DNA of 64,000 nt from Asterias rubens. Lineage: Eukaryota. Positions within the stretch are counted from its first letter, which is position 1. Every line of letters begins with the position of its first letter. The stretch spans positions 4,402,001 to 4,466,000 of the forward strand of contig NC_047066.1 in the NCBI RefSeq assembly GCF_902459465.1. The letters run 5' to 3'. Under the pieces are notes generated by a model that ran no database searches, had not been told where the DNA came from, and saw only the letters and a list, made by a program, of their open reading frames with translations. The translations under genes were made by a program, and so were the position numbers. Below are positions 23,777 through 32,144 of this stretch, in pieces.

Positions 23777-25079
23777 TCATAATGGAGCCTGCTCAATAGT
23801 GTCCATGTACTTCAAACAGTCGGGTGTTAAGAACAAAAATTCATTATTCTCAGAGCTTGCACTGGTCAAAAGTTGGCATTCTTGTGGCAAAATCAAAGGA
23901 GAGGGTAGAGATGAGTGTTTTGAAGGAGCTTTCAAGGTCTTTTTGGCTTTCATAGCCTTGTTGGTTTTCACAGTATATCTGGTTTTCACCCTCTTTCTGG
24001 CTTTCACAGTCTTTTTGGCTTTCACCGTCTTTTTGGCTCCCCGGTACTTTACATCTCGGCCCTCGACTATCTCCTCAATTTCTGTAGCCTTCACGAGAGT
24101 AACGAAGTAGGGAAGGTTGTGACTGTCGGGACCTGAACAACAAAAAATACAATTGCAACATGATTTTTCTTACCTTTACTCATTTCTCAAAAACTACAGC
24201 ACCTAAGTTAGTAACATTTTCATGGAAGCTTTGTACTAAGTTCAATGTAAATCTGTGAACATTAGAAAAAAAGTGAAAAGACCCTTTAACAAATTAATTC
24301 AACTTTCTGGGTCACTTACAAATACAATCCAGAATCTTGAGTAACATCTTGCGCTCTGTTGCTGATGTCACTTTTCTCCAGAGCAAGGGAAACCTTTTGT
24401 AGATTGAGCCACTGTAAATGCCGAGATAATCACCGACCTGTGAAACATTTTTTGAATATTTTTTTTACTCTTGAACATTTAATTGTTGTCCCCAAATAAA
24501 AATGACAACGTAACCCTGACAGCGAGAGGAGGCCTCCTCCTGACGGCGGGAGGAGGGTCACATTATCGCAACTAATGTCACACTCACCATGCTCACACAA
24601 CTATTCAAAAATAGTGTTGAACTTGAAGAATTAGTTTTATTAAAAAGTTATTTTAAAAAAACAACTTTTGAAAGAAAGTTTACAAAAATGTTGAATTTAT
24701 TTTAGTCAGAGAACATGGAGGTAGAAATAGACCTGCATGTATGCGAGGTTTGTTTATCAACAACAGGCCCTCAGCTCCCACAACCCACCGCGTGTTTCAT
24801 GCACAAACACAACAACAACAAAACAAAACACAACACAATCAATCCTCCTTCAATTTCAATGCCAAACAAAAAGACAATCCCTATATTTAAGTTAGGCCCA
24901 ATGCCCATATAATAATACGATGTATGATGACACTTGAGCGGCTTACCTACCTCAGAACCTATCATAAATTTGTTTGTATCATCTACAACATTATCCAGAC
25001 GCAAAACTCGTGGTTTTTTGCCGTAAGTTGGGCGACGCACGGGGGCTTTGCCGGTCTCACTTTTTATTTTGGCTGCCAT
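23777..25079 (-). CDS. SMARCB1-like paralog B: winged-helix-only protein with Lys-rich hexapeptide repeat, 200 aa, 3 exons
   Basis: Exons 24951-25079 (MAAKIKSETGKAPVRRPTYGKKPRVLRLDNVVDDTNKFMIGSE), 24320-24437 (VGDYLGIYSGSIYKRFPLLWRKVTSATERKML...), 23777-24132 (...TLVKATEIEEIVEGRDVKYRGAKKTVKAKKTVKA...EFLFLTPDCLKYMDTIEQAPL*). GT-AG sites, phases 0 and 1 as in SMARCB1, open frame throughout. Confidence 0.85.
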
Positions 25080-25114
25080 TTCTTTTTTGTTTGACACTTT
25101 TTATTTTGCAACGT

Positions 25115-25130
25115 ACGCCCTCTCGTGAAA
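25115..25130 (-). promoter_or_regulatory. Same 16-bp element upstream of paralog B
   Basis: Plus-strand ACGCCCTCTCGTGAAA, 35 nt from the ATG; a G-rich tract (GGGGTGGGCGGGG, ~25138-25151) lies further upstream. Confidence 0.7.
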
Positions 25131-28100
25131 TTATTTGGGGGGTGGGCGGGGTTTGGGGAGGATGGGGAGGAAGCCTAACAATAATATCAGAATTGTTCAG
25201 TAAACTTAAAACTGATGACATCGTTTATTGATACAAACTTCTTAAGTGCTTGACGCTGTTCAAGTGCGACATCAACAAGTGCATCAACACAATGCAATGT
25301 GTTGGCCCAGTTTGCCAAAGTCATGCAAAAAGCGCGTGATGGCAAATTACGCGCGCCAAGTCATCATCTCCAGGTTTCATCCATCCCTCCATGCTTTGGA
25401 GTCCTACATGGATGATCCATGTAGGACTCCAACATGGATGATCCATGTAGGACTCCAAAGCATGGAGGAATTTCTCTATGTCCAAAGGGTCTTGGTACTT
25501 TTTTTAGGACACAAAACACATTTTCCACAGATTTACATCAAATTCACCGCACATAGTTTGAAGATAATGATGGTAGAAAGCTTTCATTATACTTGCTGAT
25601 GACAGTGCTCAGTAGTTGAGAAAGGAGTAAAACAAGTCATTAAAGATAACTTTCGTCTCACCTCGGGATACGAAAGCATTACGTATTTATTTCGTGAAAT
25701 TGTTTGACTAATTTCTCAATAGGTTGCTCAATTAGCCTATAGATGTAAAACAATTGTTTTTTTTTTTTTTCAAACTGGCCGTAGCATATGGCCGTAGTAG
25801 CCGCCTATAGCTATCAGCGCATTCGAGGAAGAGGGTGCCATAAACAACTTTCTGAGTTAATCAGAGGAAGGAAAATACACTTCCCCTCGGGCAAAACAAC
25901 GTCATATCGACAACAAACAACACCAGGATGTTTGCAGCATGCAGCGGCAATAAAAACAGCTGCCCCCTCCGAGCTCCCACCCATCCACCACCCGCGCGCC
26001 CGCCCATAAAACAAAAGTTCGGAAGTTTCCACACCATACAAACTTTCCAAACAAAGGCCGTCTGCGCAGGTTCAAAGTTCAAAGTTTATAGTACTACTAC
26101 AGTATCAATGCAGGCTTTACACACACCGCCGCCTCCCACTGAAAAATGTAAACACGCAGGGTTTTTAAAACCAGGAAGAAATTTCAGAACAAATAATTAA
26201 AGCTTTGAGCCAGTATAGAGTATACACAACACCAGGAAACTGTGACACAGGTAATAAATAGTATGCACTGAGCATGCTGCTGAGTGGCACTGACAGCACT
26301 TGTTTGTTTTATTGTAGGTCAGCATGAACGATACACCAACTATTGGTTTCAGCATGGAGGATAAATTGAGGTGTTTATCACCATGGCATTCCTGGGTGTT
26401 TCTTGAATGTCTTCGTGAACTTTAGTGAAGCATGTTTGAAGTCATGTGCCACTTCAAGGTTACGTATTGCCTGGTTAGTGGATTGGCACCAAAGCACTTG
26501 TTTTGAAGCAATGTCCTGTTGCATTCTAGTTCTACATTTATTGTCGTTATTGTCCATGCAATTGTTTGGTGACTGCACTATTTTGATCATTTCGTTCTTA
26601 CTTTACAAATGGTCAAACAAACCCAAAGTCAAGGAACATTGGGTGTTTAGAAAAACATCAAAGTACACATCAAAGTACTCACACACAAGAACAATATGAA
26701 GTTCAGAGTAACCCAGTAACACCGTCAACCCCATGTTGCGATAAAAAAAAATATAAAAAAATCCCATTGCATATAAAAATTATAACTTAAAAAGTGTCGG
26801 TGAACACTGCTGGTGATAGAATTTTTTCCCAACAATAACAACTCAAATTGTGTATTATAGGCCTAGAGTTACTTTTCGCTTTCAATAAAGTTAAGCCTGT
26901 AAGGTGATATTATCACCATATATGATATTTCCTTCCTCATTGTAATAATTATCAGTAATCCATGAAGAGATGCATTATTTAAAGGAACGTTACATATCTG
27001 TTAAGAAACACAAATCGTGGAGATCACAGATGTACTCAAACTTACACAGTCTAATGATGATGATAGTAAAAAAACATCCCTTGAAATATTTCTGTCTGAA
27101 ATTTCATATTTGATGAGAAATAAATAATCTAATTAATCGCTCAGTGAGCGTTTTATTCATTTTTGTTTGGCATCGACGCAATGCAAAATCTGTAATTGGT
27201 AAAATCTGTAATTTTTTAGGTTTTCACTGTTTTTCTCTTGTGACCCATTTGGTTGATCGATCTAAGACTCTACAGGTTTGTCAGTTTATGTATAAAATGG
27301 TAGATTACATAAAGTGCTTACACTGCCAGCAACTTTTTTGCTAGCAAAACCGAGTCTGTAATGTTCCTTTAAGAAAGGTAATGTAATTTGCAAAACACTT
27401 TACACTATAACATGCTGCAACTGCCAGTACCTAATCCGACCTCATTAGGTTTATGAAGATCCTACTAACTTGAGTTTCCAAAACATGCACTGTCATTTAT
27501 AATTCTACCTTCGTTTGTACACTTCCACATACCTCATCTGGTATTCCAGGGTCCAATGACGTTGTCATTTTTAGCAAGCGGTTGAGTGCTTCCAGGAATA
27601 AACATTGTTCACCTGAACAGGAAATAGTGTCTAGTTAAATAGAACCCACTGGAGTGGTTTTCTTTTGCATTAGTGTCAGCGGACAGATAACATTTAACCA
27701 TTGTTGGTGGAAGTTGTCACGGGTGATGTTGGTGTATAGTCCAACAGCGTTTGACATTTGCAACAGATTTTGACAACCAAGCAACCACAAGTTTCAAACT
27801 GCAACGCAGGTTTTTGTTTTAAACCTGGGCATAGAATCCTATTTCTGAAAGTTTACATTGTTCTCTACGTATAACAACACCAGCTGAATCTTGTGTCTTA
27901 AGACTTGCTGGCCTTCATAAAAGTTCAACTTGGCATAAACATTGAAAGCAGGAGTTTTATAAAAGATCAGTTTTAAGAAAGGCTTCAGATTTAGACAAGT
28001 TTTCTTTGTCTTTAGTATGCAACAGATTTGTCATTATGAACGGTGATGATAATAAAATGTCAATGTCGACCATTGATAGCATGGAGAAGTCTGGTAAGTT

Positions 28101-28541
28101 TTTTGCATAAATTGTGTTTTTTTTTAACCATAAATTTTTATTTCCTTCTTCCATGATTGTACTAACCAACAAGTTATTTTTTAGAAGAGATAAATTTCAC
28201 ACTGCAGTGCGTTGGCAACCCCAGCCAAAGCCAAACTGAGTCAACAAGTTGGTTTCCGGTTCGTTAGTCTAAAAAGCATCGTCACCGCGCCTCAACCGAA
28301 CTTGCGACGAAAACGCTCAACCGATGACCAATGTTTCTAGTTAAGGTCGCCAAAACGTACATCTGTGTTTCAAAAATGTTCTCAAATGTGTTTGCCTTGT
28401 TCTGGATGATTTGAAAGTCAGGTTGCCGTATGAATAACCCCTTTTATATAACACCCAAGCAGATCCTTGCCATTTAATTGGAAGATTGTCCGTCACGTGT
28501 TTGCAAATAAAAGTACCATTGCACGCTGAGTCACTCACCGT

Positions 28542-28626
28542 GCTTTTTCGTTCCATCCGAAAAGTACCATTGCACGCTGGCACGCTGCCAGCGTGCAATG
28601 GTACTTTTCGGATGGAACGAAAAAGC
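28542..28626. repeat. Perfect 41-bp inverted repeat with 3-nt loop
   Basis: GCTTTTTCGTTCCATCCGAAAAGTACCATTGCACGCTGGCA-CGC-TGCCAGCGTGCAATGGTACTTTTCGGATGGAACGAAAAAGC. Confidence 0.95.
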
Positions 28627-28813
28627 TGAGTAAAAACATCACTGCGTGCGCGTGTCTTTGGTAACGCAGCAGTGTTACTGCAAGGCATATTATTAGTAAA
28701 AATTACTAGCATTCGGCTTCTACAATTAAAAAGTGTACTTCGCTTTGTTTGTTTTGAAAGTTGTATCTTTCAATGAAAATGACAAAGATCTACTTGGATG
28801 TTATACAAAACAA

Positions 28814-28966
28814 ATAATGAATGTTTATGAGTGCAATGGTGCGAATATGTTCATTCGTTGAAAGCTGGAATGTTCCATTCAACTCGGCTCCGCCTCGTTG
28901 AATGGAACATTCCATCTTTCAACTCATGAACATATTCGCACCATTGCACTCATAAACATTCATTAT
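28814..28966. repeat. Palindromic element (~70-bp arms, TCGGCTCCGCCTC loop)
   Basis: ATAATGAATGTTTATGAGTGCAATGGTGCGAATATGTTCAT... is matched by ...ATGAACATATTCGCACCATTGCACTCATAAACATTCATTAT. An arm fragment recurs at ~4995-5035. Confidence 0.85.
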
Positions 28967-31900
28967 GTGTATACTAATGCACTAAGTGGTGGACACATCA
29001 CTGATTGCAGGCCTAAAACTACATTATTCTTATTCTTATTCTTATTCTTTATTTGGCCAATGAACAATTACAAATACAAGCAGACAGCATACCATTGCTT
29101 CAGGCCTCAAATTCATAAAGTATCTTTTAAAAAGTAGTACTGGTAGTACATTTTGTACAACAAGTTGTTTCTAGCTCAAAACAGTTACATGTAATATGCT
29201 GATACACTAGATTGTGTCATAAATGATTGCACGCCTGTCAAAGCATACACAGACTAGGCCATGGTCTCTATTGCTCAAGGCCCTCAAACTCACTATTTTC
29301 TTTTAAAAAGTACATTGTGTACAAAAAGCTGTTTTCAAAGCACAACACAAAATGCTTACAAGTTGTGTCTGATAAACTTCATCAATTTTGATCAACATCA
29401 TCTGGGTTGGAATTTAATCTTTGAGATGACAAGGCTCTTTTCATTTTGCAAAAAGCACTTCCATTGGAAAATCATAGTCTATTGGAAACTTTTGAAGGGG
29501 CACCAAGGCCAAGACCAGGGGCAACAGAGGCCATGGCCTCCGTGGCCTCTGTGCAATGGACCGATCCGGCCTGTCAATCAAACTGTGCGCGTTCACCCAT
29601 TTGACCAATCACAGCAGTCTGCTGTCTGCTGTGTTTTATGCGTTGTCGGTTTTAAGGACTTCTCTTGTGTACATTTTACCTTGTATATAAATATTGCTGT
29701 GCATAAGTTTTAATCCATGCTAGATACATATTTTTCTACCTGATATTCTTAATCAATTATATTTTTATCTATCTGTTTGTTGTTAAATAATTTTAAGCGT
29801 TTTTGTCTGTACTGTATGAATCATGGCTAGTTTTAATTTCCCCAGTGTGGGATAATAAAGTTCTTACCTTATCTTATCTTATCTTTTGATTGTGGTCGGA
29901 CCAACTCGGTCATGCGTGCGCGTATATTTGGCACGCGCAGCAGAATCGTGCAGAATGTCATTGGGAGTGCTCGTACACGTGTCTTGCCCACGTGCGCTGT
30001 GCGCGGAACTTAGTGGAAAGCCAGAACGGTCCATTCCAGGCACACAAGATGCATCTATTATCAATCTGATTATCACAGAAAAATTAGCCTATGTTGTGCT
30101 GTGAACTGCGACTTGAATTGTTAACAGTTCCAATTAACCCATAAATATTGAGAGTTCAACTATCCTGATTCCTGTCTCAGCCAAAATAAATAGTTTTTTT
30201 TCTTTTTTCACTTTAATATTTTGTTTAAAACTTAATGATTAATTAATAAGCTTTGTTTTTGTTTTTTAACTACCTATCTATATCCCTGTACATGTGTATG
30301 TCTTATTCGTTTTTTTTGTTTTGTTTTTTTTTCATGTTTAAATTTTTGTTCTTTTTAAAGTTTTTTTTAAGGCTATCCTCAAATAGTTTTGTGTAATTTT
30401 CTCTCACGTTTTATGCTTGCATTTATTTATTTTTTAGTGTAAGTTGCTGTGTTTCTTGCTGTGTTTTATCGAATAAATTCTCATTAAGTCAGATGATACT
30501 CAGTTTACCATTCTTGAAAACTTCTATTATAAATCTAGAAACTAGATTTGCGTGGGAATGTGACTATCGTAGCATATTTTGGTTCATTTGTTACCATTAA
30601 TTAAATATGGGCTCAAACATTGGTAACAACCCTAAAAGAAAATTGTGTGAGTTCTTTTACGAAAGCCAACTTGTTTTGAAGATTATAGTAAACATTCTGC
30701 GAAACTGTTTTGTCTGAAGTACCCCCAGTTGATTCGAATTCAATAAAAGTATGTCAAAAGTCTACAAAGATTGCCTGGGGCAGTTTAGGGGAATTTCTGT
30801 GGTGTCTGATTGAATGAATGTTGCCTGCAATACTGCCTGAATTGTGGTTGGTACTCGCAAGGACGTATTTAACGTTCATGATGAAAACACCATGTTAGTC
30901 TTTTGTCGTTTTCTCAATAACTAGGCACCGATTCAACTGAAACTTTCACAATGACTTTTAAATCTGTCCTTATAATTTTGCCTATAAATCAACATTTTGT
31001 TGGCAAAAACCACAATGTCACCACCTTTAACATGAAACATTATTGTGTTGCTGTATTTCATCAAAAAAATTATCACAAAGGTGAATTTTAGGCTGTAGGG
31101 CCCTTATTAGCATAACCATACAATGCATTATTTTACAGACAACTTTTGGGCAGCTTACTGCATTGAATGCAGTAAAGGAACACCTGGTTGTACGTACCTT
31201 ATTAATGGTGATACAAATTATTTGGATATTACTATGGGTTACTCTCCCTAAGAGAGATGTAAACAGTGGAATTCATTTGAATTGCATTTTGCTCTTTGAA
31301 TGGCCTGGAACCGGTAAATTGTGTAAATAGGGCTTGTTTGCTTCACAAACAAAAATTCAGGCAGCTTGGAGATGAATGATCTGCTAGTCATTTAAAAAGT
31401 AATGACAAGTTTACCTCTGCCCTTTGCAAGAAGAAAGTTTTCGGGCCTGCATTTATTTAAAATTTGAAATGTGAATGTCATAAACAACTTCTTTTTCACA
31501 GATTGCCTAAGATTCTCTGTTTGCAAAATCCCCCATTTATAGGAAAATGAAACAAAAATTTACAGTGGGAAAAACCTTGTGCCACTATGAATCAACCTTT
31601 TTCACTTCCCCTGGTTTTTTCCTGACATTTCTCACATGCTTTTGTGATTTTCATGTTTGGTTTTGTTTTGTTTCGTTTATGTTGATTGATTTTTGTTGTT
31701 TTGAGGTTGTGGGAGTGAATTATAATGCTTAATACAATGCATTTTTTTGATAAATTGTTTCATTCCCAAATAATCACACTTCCTCAGTTTTAATTTCAAT
31801 CTACCAAAGAATTCCATAAATGTACTCGGTTGGGATTCAAACCCCCGACCTTTGCAATTCTAGAGCAATGTCTTTCCAACTAGAACACCGAGATTTCCCT

Positions 31901-32144
31901 GTAGCTAGTGGTTGTTTTTCACAGAGCTTGGAAAGTACTGAGTACACAGTTCTTACACACAGCGATCTTTGTCCTGATGCAAATTTCCATCTATTAAATA
32001 CCATAAATTGCTTCTCTTCACCCAGGTGTATAAACGATGGACCTATTGCTGCTTGGGAATCCAGTGAAATCTATCACTGCAAATTATCAAAGAAAGCTGT
32101 AAGAGTTCATAATTGTTTTCTTCATTATAGGGGGCGGTAACAAG

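Noticed and set aside
19168-25079. Paralogs A and B as assembly artefacts (haplotype duplication) or processed pseudogenes
   Set aside because: About 50% amino-acid divergence and unalignable introns exclude haplotigs; retained introns exclude retrocopies; no disabling mutation was found.
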